A stretch of 64,000 bases of DNA, taken from contig CAVZZO010000003.1 in assembly GCA_963779755.1 (NCBI GenBank), positions 1,376,001 through 1,440,000 on the forward strand, given 5' to 3'. Position 1 is the first letter of the stretch. Every line of letters starts with the position of its first letter. Shown here piece by piece: positions 1 to 9,182 of this stretch. The position numbers were made by a program, and so were the translations under genes. This stretch comes from an uncultured Gemmatimonadales bacterium (GTDB lineage: Bacteria > Gemmatimonadota > Gemmatimonadetes > Gemmatimonadales > GWC2-71-9). Under the pieces are notes generated by a model. The model was not told the origin of the DNA. It ran no database searches and saw only the letters and a program-made list of their open reading frames with translations.

Positions 1-1
1 G

Positions 2-202
2 GCCGTCCAGGCGCAGACCCGCTGGGGAAAGGATTCTGTGGTGGCGACCGTCTTCCCCGACAGCAGCCGGAATTACCTCTGCGCGCCACTGACGGAGGAA
101 GAACCCGCCGAGGAGGGCCACCTCACCTCGGAGATCCGGCTCCTGGCCTTCCGGGCCCAGAACCGGACCTGCGAGGCCTGCGCGGATATGGATGCGTTTT
201 GA
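2..202 (+). CDS. 3' end of a PLP-dependent cysteine synthase family protein (partial)
   Basis: Frame 2 reads AVQAQTRWGKDSVVATVFPDSSRNYLCAPL...RTCEACADMDAF, stop TGA 200-202. VVATVFPD..NYL resembles the C-terminal motif of CysK-like enzymes. Confidence 0.6.
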   Translation, partial: AVQAQTRWGKDSVVATVFPDSSRNYLCAPLTEEEPAEEGHLTSEIRLLAFRAQNRTCEACADMDAF

Positions 203-233
203 GGACGGCAAGACGGCAGGACGGCGGGCTACC

Positions 234-1319
234 TCAGTCCTCAGTCCTCAGTCCTTTTCTCTCATACCACCCCCGGCTCCGCCCCACCAGCCACACCACC
301 GACAGCATCACCGGCACCTCCACCAGGACGCCCACTACCGTTGCCAGGGCGGCGCCGGATTCCAGCCCGAAGAGGCTGATGGCGGCCGCTACCGCCAGCT
401 CGAAGAAGTTGCTGGCACCGATGAGCGCCGAGGGGCAGGCGACCCGGTGGGATTCTCCAGCCGCGCGGTTCAGAATGTAGGCCAGGCCGCTGTTGAAATA
501 CACCTGGATCAGAATGGGCACGGCGAGCAGCAGGATGACCAGCGGCTGGGCCAGGATCTGCGGACCCTGGAAACCGAAGAGCAGCACCAGGGTCACCAGC
601 AGCGCGACCAGTGAAATCGGCTGCAGGCGCTGGAGCACGCGCTCCAGCGCGGCGACGCCCCGCCGGAGCAGCGACCGGCGCCAGAGCTGCGCGCCGGCCA
701 CCGGCACCAGGATGTACAGCCCTACCGAGAGCACCAGCGTCTGCCACGGAATGGTGATGGCCGACAGGCCCAGCAGCAGCCCCACGATGGGCGCGAAGGC
801 AACGATCATGATGGCGTCGTTCAGCGCCACCTGGGTGAGAGTGAAGTTGGGGTCGCCGTCGCTCAGATTGCTCCAGACGAAGACCATTGCGGTGCAGGGG
901 GCGGCGGCCAGCAGGATCAGTCCGGCGACGTAGGAATCGAGCTGTGCCGCCGGCAGGAACGGCCGGAATACTCCGCGAACAAAGATCCAGGCGAGGAGGG
1001 CCATGGAAAAGGGCTTTACCGCCCAGTTCACGAACAGGGTGATTCCCATCCCCTTCCAGTGCGAGCGGACGCCTGCGAGCGCACCGAAATCCACCTTCAG
1101 CAGCATCGGCACGATCATGAGCCAGACGAGCACTGCCACCGGGAGATTCACCCGGGCGATCTCGGCACCGCCCAGCGCAGCGAACGCGGCCGGAAAGAGC
1201 ATCCCCAGTCCGATCCCCGCCGCGATACAGAGCAGGACCCAGAGTGAGAGATAGCGGGCAAAGGGCGACAGCTCCGCCCCGGCGGCCTGCCCGGTGGTGA
1301 CCTCGCAGACCGCGCTCAC
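234..1319 (-). CDS. acr3: ACR3 family arsenite efflux transporter
   Basis: 361 aa, highly hydrophobic; RYLSLWV, NWAVKPFSM, AAAPCTAMVFVW, GASNFFELAVA and GVLVEVPVML are Acr3 signatures; ars context. Confidence 0.95.
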   Translation of the reverse strand: MSAVCEVTTGQAAGAELSPFARYLSLWVLLCIAAGIGLGMLFPAAFAALGGAEIARVNLPVAVLVWLMIVPMLLKVDFGALAGVRSHWKGMGITLFVNWAVKPFSMALLAWIFVRGVFRPFLPAAQLDSYVAGLILLAAAPCTAMVFVWSNLSDGDPNFTLTQVALNDAIMIVAFAPIVGLLLGLSAITIPWQTLVLSVGLYILVPVAGAQLWRRSLLRRGVAALERVLQRLQPISLVALLVTLVLLFGFQGPQILAQPLVILLLAVPILIQVYFNSGLAYILNRAAGESHRVACPSALIGASNFFELAVAAAISLFGLESGAALATVVGVLVEVPVMLSVVWLVGRSRGWYERKGLRTED

Positions 1320-1810
1320 CGGCCCGGTTGCTCCGCCTCGAGGCCGATGGCGCGAACCTGCTTCTCCAGCGCCAGCCGCTCCAGCCGCTCCGCCGGCAAC
1401 GCCAGCAGAAGATCAATGCGCCGCTTCAGCAGCCAGAACGCATCACGAAACGCCCGCATACGGTGGACATCGTCTCCCGGTACATCGGCCGGGTCGGCCA
1501 TGCCCCAATGGGCCATGACCGGCTGCCCCGGAAAGACGGGACAGGATTCCTTCGCACGGTCGCAGACCGTGATGACGAAATCGAAATGGCCCCGCTCCAG
1601 CCCCTCTACTGACCGGGGCGGGTGCCCTCCCCACGAGAGCCCCATCTCCTCCAGCGTCCGAACGGCATAGGGATTCACCTCCGCCGCCGGCCGGGATCCG
1701 GCGCTCTCGGCCTGGAACCGCTCGCCGCCATAGGCATTGAGCAGCGCCTCCGCCATCTGGCTGCGGGCGGAGTTGCCGGTGCAAAGGAAGAGGACGCGGA
1801 ACACTCTCAA
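1316..1810 (-). CDS. arsC: Arsenate reductase, thioredoxin-coupled LMW-PTP fold
   Basis: VLFLCTGNSARSQMAE P-loop, ITVCDRAKESCP cysteine pair, HWGMADP. TTG start overlaps the arsM stop, so the start is uncertain. Confidence 0.92.
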   Translation of the reverse strand: MRVFRVLFLCTGNSARSQMAEALLNAYGGERFQAESAGSRPAAEVNPYAVRTLEEMGLSWGGHPPRSVEGLERGHFDFVITVCDRAKESCPVFPGQPVMAHWGMADPADVPGDDVHRMRAFRDAFWLLKRRIDLLLALPAERLERLALEKQVRAIGLEAEQPGR

Positions 1811-2700
1811 GCTCCGGGCTGGGCGGTATGGCGGTATGGCGGTACGGCGGTAGAAGCATGAGCTGATTCACCTGCCGTCCTGCCCTCCTGCCGCCTTGCC
1901 GCCCTGACGAACGCCCCCATCACCCGCCCGCCGATTTCCCGGGCGAACACCTCGGTATCCAGGCCGGCACCGGCCAGGAAGGTCCGGGCGTCGGCGAATT
2001 CATAGACCCGGGTAGGCTCGATGCCGATCTGCGCGAAGCCCGCCTCGGCCAGGAGCCTGCCATACTCCTGCTCTTCCAGCGCGCCGGCGATGCAGCCGAC
2101 CCACAGTTCCATACTGCGGCGCACCTCCTGCGGTATCTCCCCGCGCACGATGATATCGGAGATCGCCAGCCGCCCGCCCGGCTTGAGCACCCGGAAGGCC
2201 TCGGCCAGGACGCGCCGCTTGTCGGCGGACAGGTTGATCACACAGTTGGAGATGATCACGTCCACCGAGGCATCGGGGAGCGGAATGTTTTCGATTTCGC
2301 CCTTCAGGAACTCCGCGTTCTCGATGCCCGACTTGCGCTGATTCTCCCGCGCCAGCGCCAGCATCTCGTCGGTCATGTCGAGGCCGTAGGCCTTTCCGGC
2401 AGGCCCCACGCGACGCGCGGAGAGCAGCACATCGATCCCGCCGCCGGAACCGAGATCCAGCACGATCTCGCCTTCCTTCAGCTCGGCCAGGGCGGTGGGG
2501 TTGCCGCAGCCCAGCGAGGCCAGCACGGCCGTATCCGGCAGGCAGTCAACCTGCTCCGGTGTGTAGTGATTGTCGGTGATCGGGTCGCACCCGCCATTGG
2601 CGGTCGCGGCGCCGCAGCAGGAACTGCCCTCGCCGGAGAGCACGCGAAGGGCGGCAGAGCCGTAACGGGCACGAACGGTGTCCTGGATGTCATCAGACAT
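1807..2700 (-). CDS. arsM: Arsenite S-adenosylmethionine methyltransferase
   Basis: SLGCGNP, VLDLGSGGGID, ISNCVINL, WVGCIAGAL, N-terminal CC. Confidence 0.95.
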   Translation of the reverse strand: MSDDIQDTVRARYGSAALRVLSGEGSSCCGAATANGGCDPITDNHYTPEQVDCLPDTAVLASLGCGNPTALAELKEGEIVLDLGSGGGIDVLLSARRVGPAGKAYGLDMTDEMLALARENQRKSGIENAEFLKGEIENIPLPDASVDVIISNCVINLSADKRRVLAEAFRVLKPGGRLAISDIIVRGEIPQEVRRSMELWVGCIAGALEEQEYGRLLAEAGFAQIGIEPTRVYEFADARTFLAGAGLDTEVFAREIGGRVMGAFVRAARRQEGRTAGESAHASTAVPPYRHTAQPGA

Positions 2701-2722
2701 GAATGCCTCGAGAATCGGATGG

Positions 2723-2803
2723 ATAGTCGCTGGTCGCTGGTCGTTAGTCGTTAGTCGTTAGTCGTTAGTCGTTAGTCGCTCACGCCTCACGCCTTACCCC
2801 TCA
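2723..2803. repeat. Heptamer tracts (TAGTCGT/TGGTCGC)n then (TCACGCC)n between arsR and arsM
   Basis: About 8 TRGTCGY units followed by TCACGCC TCACGCC TTACCCC; the arsR stop lies within them. Confidence 0.9.
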
Positions 2804-3120
2804 CAGCAGGCCCTGGCACAGCTTCCCGCATGCTTCCCTGGTTTCACTGCGCCGGCGAAGGCCGCGATGGCATCCAAGGCCTCGCGGTTCAGGCTGTAAT
2901 GCACCCAGCGGCCGTCCTTCCGGTCGGTGACCAGGCCGGCGTCTTTCAAAGTCCTGAGATGGAACGAGAGGCGGGACTGGGCGGCGTCCAGTGCATCGGT
3001 CAGATCGCAAACACAGCGCTCACCATGAGATAGCAGAGTCACGATCTCCAGCCGGGTGGGGTCGGAGAGGGCGTGGAACCAGCGCGCCGCAGCGGCGAGA
3101 TCCAGGGAAGTGGCAGTCAT
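2794..3120 (-). CDS. arsR: ArsR/SmtB family repressor
   Basis: FHALSDPTRLEI, ERCVCDL metal box, SQ-type HTH (AQSRLSFHLRTLKDAGLV), C-terminal C..ACC. Start placed at ATG 3120, downstream of the promoter. Confidence 0.93.
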   Translation of the reverse strand: MTATSLDLAAAARWFHALSDPTRLEIVTLLSHGERCVCDLTDALDAAQSRLSFHLRTLKDAGLVTDRKDGRWVHYSLNREALDAIAAFAGAVKPGKHAGSCARACCEG

Positions 3121-3128
3121 GGCGAACA

Positions 3129-3156
3129 AACATATCAATTTTTTTTGATATGTCAA
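3129..3156 (-). promoter_or_regulatory. ars promoter (TTGACA-N16-TATGTT) overlapped by a 9-6-9 inverted repeat, candidate ArsR operator
   Basis: Minus strand TTGACA 3156-3151 and TATGTT 3134-3129; perfect arms ACATATCAA (3130-3138) and TTGATATGT (3145-3153). Confidence 0.8.
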
Positions 3157-3214
3157 GCAAGGCGGCAGGTTTCCCCGTTCCCTTTCCCCCTTCCCCCTTC
3201 TTACTTCTTACTTC

Positions 3215-4387
3215 TCATTTGTTCACCGGCTCCGCCCGCAGCATTACCGCGCCATGCGCCGGCACGGTGGTGCCGTACTTGCCCTGCTGCGGCCCCAGGT
3301 CCTTGTGGGTCCACAGGTCGCGCACCCGCGCGGTGGTGCCCCGGGGCAGCCCGACCCGGCTCCAGTAGGCCGTGATTTCGGTCGGGACGTCGGCCCGGTT
3401 GAGCAGGACCACCGCGTAGGAACCGTCCCGGAGCGGTCGCGACCAGACCTGTACCGCCGGCGGCCCCTCCTGCACCAGGGTCCCCTGCATACCCGCCGAA
3501 TCCTGATCCACCGCGATGACCTCAGGGTTGGTCAGGATCTCACGGGTCTCGTCGGACATGCTGCGGAGATCGTTGCCTGCCATGAGCGGCGCCGCCATCA
3601 TGGCCCACAGACTGAAATGGGCCCGGTACTCGTCCCGGCTCATACCGCCGTTGCCCACCTCCAGCATGTCGGGATCGTTCCAGGCGCCGGGTTTCGCCAC
3701 CTCGGCATGGGGCGAGGACAGGTCCAGAATGGTCATGACGCTGTTCCAGCTGTCGTCGATATCGCCCGTCGTCCGCCACAGGTTGCCCACCGGCGGGGCC
3801 CACTCCCATGGCCGGTTGGAGCCCCATTCGCAGATACTGAGCACGATGGGTCGCCCGGCCGCCTTCAGGGCGTCGCTGAACTTCCGGTACTGGGTGGGAG
3901 CGTCCAGCGAGTCGGCGTAACACCAGTCTTCTTTCACATAGTCCACGCCCCACTGGGCGAAGGTCCGGGCATCCTGTTCCTCGTGCCCGTAGGTCCCGGG
4001 GCGGCCCTGGCAGGTCTTGCGGCCGGCGTCGGTGTAGATGCCGAACTTGAGGCCCTTCGAGTGGACATAGTCGGCCAGCGACTTGATCCCCTCGGGAAAC
4101 CGGGTGGAGTCGGCCACCAGCCGGCCCTGGGCATCCCGGGCCACCTGCCAGCAGTCGTCGATCACCACGTAGCGGTACCCGGCATCGCGCATGCCGCTCG
4201 ACACCATGGCGTCGGCCGTTTCCCGGATGAGCTTCGAGCTGACATCGCAGCCGAAATGATTCCAGCTGTTCCAGCCCATCGGCGGCGTCAGGGCGAGCCC
4301 GTTGTCCCAGGGCTTGACGGGGCGGGCTGCCAGCGTGACGATGACGGCCAGAGGGGCAATGACGAATGCGGCAAGGGTCGAGCGCAT
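3215..4387 (-). CDS. Glycoside hydrolase family 27 alpha-galactosidase, secreted
   Basis: NGLALTPPMGWNSWN, VIDDCW, GLKFGIY, WGVDYVKEDWC, WRTTGDI, WNDPDMLEVGN. Signal-like N-terminus from ATG 4387; the ORF-track extension runs into repeats. Confidence 0.93.
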   Translation of the reverse strand: MRSTLAAFVIAPLAVIVTLAARPVKPWDNGLALTPPMGWNSWNHFGCDVSSKLIRETADAMVSSGMRDAGYRYVVIDDCWQVARDAQGRLVADSTRFPEGIKSLADYVHSKGLKFGIYTDAGRKTCQGRPGTYGHEEQDARTFAQWGVDYVKEDWCYADSLDAPTQYRKFSDALKAAGRPIVLSICEWGSNRPWEWAPPVGNLWRTTGDIDDSWNSVMTILDLSSPHAEVAKPGAWNDPDMLEVGNGGMSRDEYRAHFSLWAMMAAPLMAGNDLRSMSDETREILTNPEVIAVDQDSAGMQGTLVQEGPPAVQVWSRPLRDGSYAVVLLNRADVPTEITAYWSRVGLPRGTTARVRDLWTHKDLGPQQGKYGTTVPAHGAVMLRAEPVNK

Positions 4388-4407
4388 GCGACGCTCCGGG
4401 ATAGGGA

Positions 4408-4648
4408 ACCGCAGATGACGCAGATGTATGATCCACAGATTACGATCCACAGATTACGATCCACAGATTACGATCCACAGATTACGATCCACAGATTACA
4501 CAGATTACCCGGATTGTTGAACCAGGGCAGGACGGCAGGACGGCAGGACGGCCCTGAAGGACTTCCTCGCGGCTATCTATTGGAGGCCGCTCGGTCGCAG
4601 GACGGCAGGGAAGATAATCTGCCCCGATCTGTGTAATCTGTGGATTAC
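4408..4648. repeat. (ATCCACAGATTACG) x~5 with an inverted partner ATCTGTGTAATCTGTGGAT and internal (GGCAGGAC)n
   Basis: 14-mer tandem at 4431-4499; reverse-complement arm at about 4627-4646; octamers at about 4524-4551. Confidence 0.85.
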
Positions 4649-4682
4649 CATTAGGGAGCCCTCTGATCTCCGGACCCTCGCC

Positions 4683-7127
4683 ATGATCCGCCTGAACCGT
4701 TCCCTCCGTCACACCCTCCGTGCCGCTCTCGCGATCCTCTTCACCGCCTGCAGCGGTGGGCGAGCCCCCCAGCCACCGGCTTCGGTTGAGCACGCCCGTC
4801 TCCCGACTGGTGCGGTGCTTGACCCGGCCGGGAGCCGGGTGGCCCTGGGCAGCATGCCGCTGGCCGCCGCCCTGGCGCCGGATGGACGCCACGTGGCCGT
4901 CTTGCTCAATGGCTGGCGGGAACAGGGGCTGCAGATCGTGGACCGCTTCTCGGGCACGGTCACGCAGACCCTGAAACAGCCCTGGGCCTTCCTGGGCATC
5001 GCCTTCACGCCGGCGGGCAACGCGCTCTATACCTCGGGCGGCAATCAGGATGTGCTGTACCGCTATCGCTGGGACGGGAGCGCGGCGACCCTGGCCGACA
5101 GCGTCCTGCTGGCCGAGTCGGTGGGCCACGGACGGGCGTATCCCGCCGGGCTCGCGATTTCGCCCGACGGGCGGCGGATCTATGTGGCCCTCAATCTGGC
5201 CGACTCGCTGGCCGTAGTGGACGCGGCGGCGGGACGGGTGATCCAGCGCCTCCCCCTGGGGCGCTATCCCTACGCCGTGGCGGTCGCGCCCGACGGCACG
5301 GTCTACACCTCAATCTGGGCCGGCGACAGCGTGGCGGTATTCCGACCCAGCGGTGATTCGCTGGTGGCGGCGGGCCGCCTGCCGGCGGGCCGCCACCCGA
5401 CCGCCCTGCTCCTTAATGGCGACGGCTCCCGCCTCTACGTCGCCTCCTCGACCACCGACCGGATCAGCGTGCTCGACACCCGGGGCGGAACGCTTCTGGG
5501 GACGCTCGACGATTCGGCGCCCGCCGGCCCGGACGAGGGCAGCACCCCCAACGCGCTGGCGCTCTCGCCCGACGGCACCAAGCTCCTGGTGGCCGAGGCC
5601 GACAACAATGCCGTGGCGGTCTTCAGCCTCTCGACGTCCAGCGCCGGCAAGGTCGCGGCGGCACGGGACACGCTGCTGGGTCGGGTCCCGGTGGAGTGGT
5701 ATCCCACAGCCCTCGTTACTGCCGGCGACACCATCCTGGTGGTGAATGGCAAGGGCAACGGAACCGGGCCCAACCCGGGCCGCTCGCAGCCGGGCCACCG
5801 GCTGCAGGACCGGGCCGACTACACCCTGGGACAGCTCTCCGGCTCCCTCACGACGGTACTGCTGGGCCCGCAGCGGCTGGACCAGCTGCCGGCCTACAGC
5901 GCGCGGGTGGCGCGGGCGAACGGCTGGATCGGCGCAGCAACCGCCGCCCGCCGCTATCCATCGTTCGAGCACGTGATCTATATCATCAAGGAGAACCGCA
6001 CCTACGACCAGGTCCTGGGCGACCTGGAAATGGGCGACGGCGACTCCTCGCTGACCTTTTTCCCCCGGCCGATCTCCCCCAACCATCACGCCCTGGCGGA
6101 GCGGTTCGGCGTCTTCGACCGGTTCTTCGTGAATGCCGAGGTGAGCGCCGACGGCCACAACTGGTCCACGGCTGCGTATGCCCCCGACTACGTGGAAAAG
6201 ACGGTCCCGTCGCAGTACCGGGGCGATGCGCACGACTACGACTATGAGGGAACCAACAGGAACCGGATTCCCGCCGACCCGGATGATGACGTGAACTCCC
6301 CCTCGACCGGGTATCTCTGGGATCTGGCACGGCGGGCGGGGATCACGTTCCGCAATTACGGGGAGTTCGTGGTCGACGACACCAGCGGCGGCACCCTGCA
6401 CTACACCGGCACCAAGCCCTGGCTCGACCAGCACACCAATCATCAGGCGCCGGGCTGGGACCTGGACATTCGGGACCAGCGCCGGGCGGACGTCTGGGTG
6501 GCGGAATTCCGGCAGTTCGTGCAGCAGGGCAGGATGCCGCAGCTGGAGATCCTGCGCCTGCCCAACGATCACACCAGCGGGGCGCAGGCCGGGAAGCCGA
6601 CGCCGCAGGCCTACATGGCCGATAACGACCTGGCGCTGGGCCGGGTGATCGACGCGCTGTCGCACTCACCCTTCTGGACCAGCACGGTGGTCTTCGTGCT
6701 GGAAGACGACGCGCAGGACGGCCCCGATCATGTCGATTCCCACCGCTCGCCCCTGCTGGTGATCTCGGCGTGGAACCGGGGCGGGGTGATCCACCGGTTC
6801 ACCAACACCACCGACGTGATCGCGACCATCGCCGACATTCTGCACCTGGGGTCGCTCTCCCAGTTCGATCATTTCGGCCGGCCGCTGCGCGATATCTGGG
6901 CGACTGAGCCGGACCGGACGCCCTACACCGCCCTCACGCCCGCCGTGTCCCTGGACCGGCGCAATCCGGCCGGCACCGCCGAGGCGCGCGATTCGCGCCG
7001 CCTGGATCTCTCGCAGGAGGACCGGGCGGACGAGGAGCTGTTCAACCGTATCCTGTGGCGGACCATCAAAGGCACGGTGCCCTATCCCGGCCCGCGGCGG
7101 GCGTCGCTGGCGGAGGTGCGGCGGTGA
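4683..7127 (+). CDS. YncE/YVTN beta-propeller plus phosphoesterase (alkaline-phosphatase superfamily) lipoprotein
   Basis: Lipobox-like LFTAC; repeated PxGLAISPDG blades; HVIYIIKENRTYDQVLGD, EVSADGHNW, LPNDHT, EDDAQDGPDHVDSHRS. Confidence 0.88.
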   Translation: MIRLNRSLRHTLRAALAILFTACSGGRAPQPPASVEHARLPTGAVLDPAGSRVALGSMPLAAALAPDGRHVAVLLNGWREQGLQIVDRFSGTVTQTLKQPWAFLGIAFTPAGNALYTSGGNQDVLYRYRWDGSAATLADSVLLAESVGHGRAYPAGLAISPDGRRIYVALNLADSLAVVDAAAGRVIQRLPLGRYPYAVAVAPDGTVYTSIWAGDSVAVFRPSGDSLVAAGRLPAGRHPTALLLNGDGSRLYVASSTTDRISVLDTRGGTLLGTLDDSAPAGPDEGSTPNALALSPDGTKLLVAEADNNAVAVFSLSTSSAGKVAAARDTLLGRVPVEWYPTALVTAGDTILVVNGKGNGTGPNPGRSQPGHRLQDRADYTLGQLSGSLTTVLLGPQRLDQLPAYSARVARANGWIGAATAARRYPSFEHVIYIIKENRTYDQVLGDLEMGDGDSSLTFFPRPISPNHHALAERFGVFDRFFVNAEVSADGHNWSTAAYAPDYVEKTVPSQYRGDAHDYDYEGTNRNRIPADPDDDVNSPSTGYLWDLARRAGITFRNYGEFVVDDTSGGTLHYTGTKPWLDQHTNHQAPGWDLDIRDQRRADVWVAEFRQFVQQGRMPQLEILRLPNDHTSGAQAGKPTPQAYMADNDLALGRVIDALSHSPFWTSTVVFVLEDDAQDGPDHVDSHRSPLLVISAWNRGGVIHRFTNTTDVIATIADILHLGSLSQFDHFGRPLRDIWATEPDRTPYTALTPAVSLDRRNPAGTAEARDSRRLDLSQEDRADEELFNRILWRTIKGTVPYPGPRRASLAEVRR

Positions 7128-7270
7128 CCTGACTTCCCTGCCCCCCTTCCCGGCCGGGAAGGGGGAACTGGACCTGACCCCCTGGCCCCGTTCCCCGCAC
7201 CGGGGTGGCAATCGAGGACAGAATGCGGATCCCCCCTTCCCAACAGGGAAGGGGGACAGGGGGTTAGGTC
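7126..7270. repeat. Pair of opposed P-type palindromes (CCCCCTTCCC-N-GGGAAGGGGG)
   Basis: Hairpins at about 7142-7166 and 7231-7256; the second carries the reverse-complemented CCTAACCCCCTGT leader seen in the 49.8-63.6 kb arrays. Confidence 0.85.
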
Positions 7271-7293
7271 TGGCAGTGCCTGGCGGGACAGAC

Positions 7294-7328
7294 GAAACGC
7301 CCGGCACCTGACTTCGGCACCGGGCGTC
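7294..7328 (-). terminator. Possible intrinsic terminator
   Basis: ACGCCCGG / CCGGGCGT stem with a short T run on the minus strand, downstream of the 7366 stop. Confidence 0.4.
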
Positions 7329-7365
7329 CGGCCCTTCGCGTCGCGCGAGTGCGTACTTCTACTTC

Positions 7366-8025
7366 TTATCCGAATATGTTGAAAATACGCGCCGCGAAGG
7401 ATGAGCCGGTCAGCAGCACGGCACACCCGATGCCAAGCATGGCGACCAGCACCAGCGTGAGGGGGCTGACCCCGCTCAGTGCCAGGATACCCAGCACCAC
7501 GACGCCCGCGCCCACCAGCACGTCGGCCCCGCTCGAGAGGTAGACGGCGTCTTCGGCCGGGCTGCCCGGATTCGCCATCCGGCGCTGCCGCACCATCGAC
7601 TCGAGCCGGGCCAGAGCGCCGCTCTCGAACAGCAACGCGCCGCCCAGGACGATGGCCGAGACGGCCAGCAGATCAACCCCGCCAACCCCGAGCAGCACCA
7701 GCAGTCCAAGCACCAGCCCCGCCAGACCGGCCAGGGCGCCAAACCCCAGTCCACCGGTCACGTCGCGCTGGCTTTCTCCCAGAACGCGGCTGTAACGCGC
7801 GGCGAGGGCGGCACTCCCGACCAGCAGGGCGAAACCCGCTCCGATGGCCGCAATCGACACCAGTCCGCCGGGCAGCACCCCGAACAGTCCCAGCACCGCC
7901 AGGACCATCGCGCCTGCGCCCGCGACTGATTGGGTGAGAGAGCCTCCCTCAAGCTCAGTAGCGGCCCGCGGCCTGGTCGCCTCCACCCCTCCCACACGGA
8001 TGCTCCGTGGGCTCCCGTTCAGCAT
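7366..8025 (-). CDS. Hypothetical Gly/Ala/Leu-rich multi-pass membrane protein
   Basis: Strong RBS AAAGGAGG (8040-8033) before ATG 8025; three internally similar hydrophobic blocks (GAGxxVLxxLxLxG). Confidence 0.75.
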   Translation of the reverse strand: MLNGSPRSIRVGGVEATRPRAATELEGGSLTQSVAGAGAMVLAVLGLFGVLPGGLVSIAAIGAGFALLVGSAALAARYSRVLGESQRDVTGGLGFGALAGLAGLVLGLLVLLGVGGVDLLAVSAIVLGGALLFESGALARLESMVRQRRMANPGSPAEDAVYLSSGADVLVGAGVVVLGILALSGVSPLTLVLVAMLGIGCAVLLTGSSFAARIFNIFG

Positions 8026-8298
8026 ATGTGAACCTCCTTTCTTTCTAGCACGTACCCCGGTCGCTGCGTCGTTGCCGGGGGCCTGCAGTTGTCCAGACCA
8101 TCGAACAACCACCGGGTGCTCTCGTATCGCTGTCCCTTTGCGGTGGGAGCAATTACCGACGGGGCACTACCCGGTTGACTCGGCCGGCAAGTACGTGTCC
8201 CGCAATGCTTTGGACGTCGCCGGCCTCACCCGCACAATAGAGGTGTGCTGCTGCTCCCGATATGCCGCGCATCACACCCGACGGTGCCGGACCGGGGC

Positions 8299-8991
8299 TC
8301 ACATCGGCTCCTTGATCTTCTTCCGGACCAGCCACCAGTTCACCGGAAAGGCGGTGAGGAACCCGGCCAGCATCGCGATCTGCATCATGAGCCAGAACAC
8401 CGGGCCTGTCTTCTCCAGCTCGTGGCCGAAAATCAGAAAAGTGGCAATGGCCATCCACCCGTACATCCCGACCTGCCAGCTGGTGAGCGACAGGGTGTCG
8501 GCCTTCAACGCGGCCTTGAGGCCCTCGGAGGGGGAGAGGCCTTTCATGGGCTTGATGGCGAAGTACTGGAAGGCAATGCCGAAGACGAAGGCGAAACCGT
8601 AGTCCACCAGCCAGGCGGCGAAGATCTTGTGGCCGAAGAGTGTGAACGGCGCCAGCACCAGGAGCCACTCGGCGCAGAGATCCCCCAGGGTGCAACCGCT
8701 GCCGCAGTGCAGCGCCGAAACCATCGTGCTCTGCCAGAAGGGTTTCTGCCTGGACGGAGGCTCCCGGCGTTCGATCTTCGCCCGCCGGAACTGTTCCCGG
8801 GTGCTGAGGCGTCCCACGCGGCAATAGGCCCAGAGACCGACGGGACCGCTGTAGAGTCCGGTCACGGGCCAGACGATGTTCATGACACTCATCTGCTGGG
8901 GATGCAGAATGACATCCACCAGGATGAGGAGGGCGGATAGCCCCCCCACAGCAAGGCAGATCCAGGCGAGCACGACAAGCCAGTGAGGCAT
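8299..8991 (-). CDS. DUF4396-like membrane protein
   Basis: PQQMSVMNIVWPVTGLY, HCGSGCTLGD, GIAFQYFAI, WQVGMYGWM, FPVNWWLV. Confidence 0.8.
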   Translation of the reverse strand: MPHWLVVLAWICLAVGGLSALLILVDVILHPQQMSVMNIVWPVTGLYSGPVGLWAYCRVGRLSTREQFRRAKIERREPPSRQKPFWQSTMVSALHCGSGCTLGDLCAEWLLVLAPFTLFGHKIFAAWLVDYGFAFVFGIAFQYFAIKPMKGLSPSEGLKAALKADTLSLTSWQVGMYGWMAIATFLIFGHELEKTGPVFWLMMQIAMLAGFLTAFPVNWWLVRKKIKEPM

Positions 8992-9182
8992 CTGGCAGAC
9001 TGGGGCCCTCGGGGTCCCGGTACCATGACGCCGATCACAGCCCTGGTCATACGCCAGGCGGCGTCTACTCACCCGGAGGACGCCGAGCGCGCAGAGCTAC
9101 GCAGAGAAACACCGCCGTGATGGTGCCATCGGGATTACATTGTTGAGCGACCCCCATCACCCCCTCAGACCGGCCCGACCCC

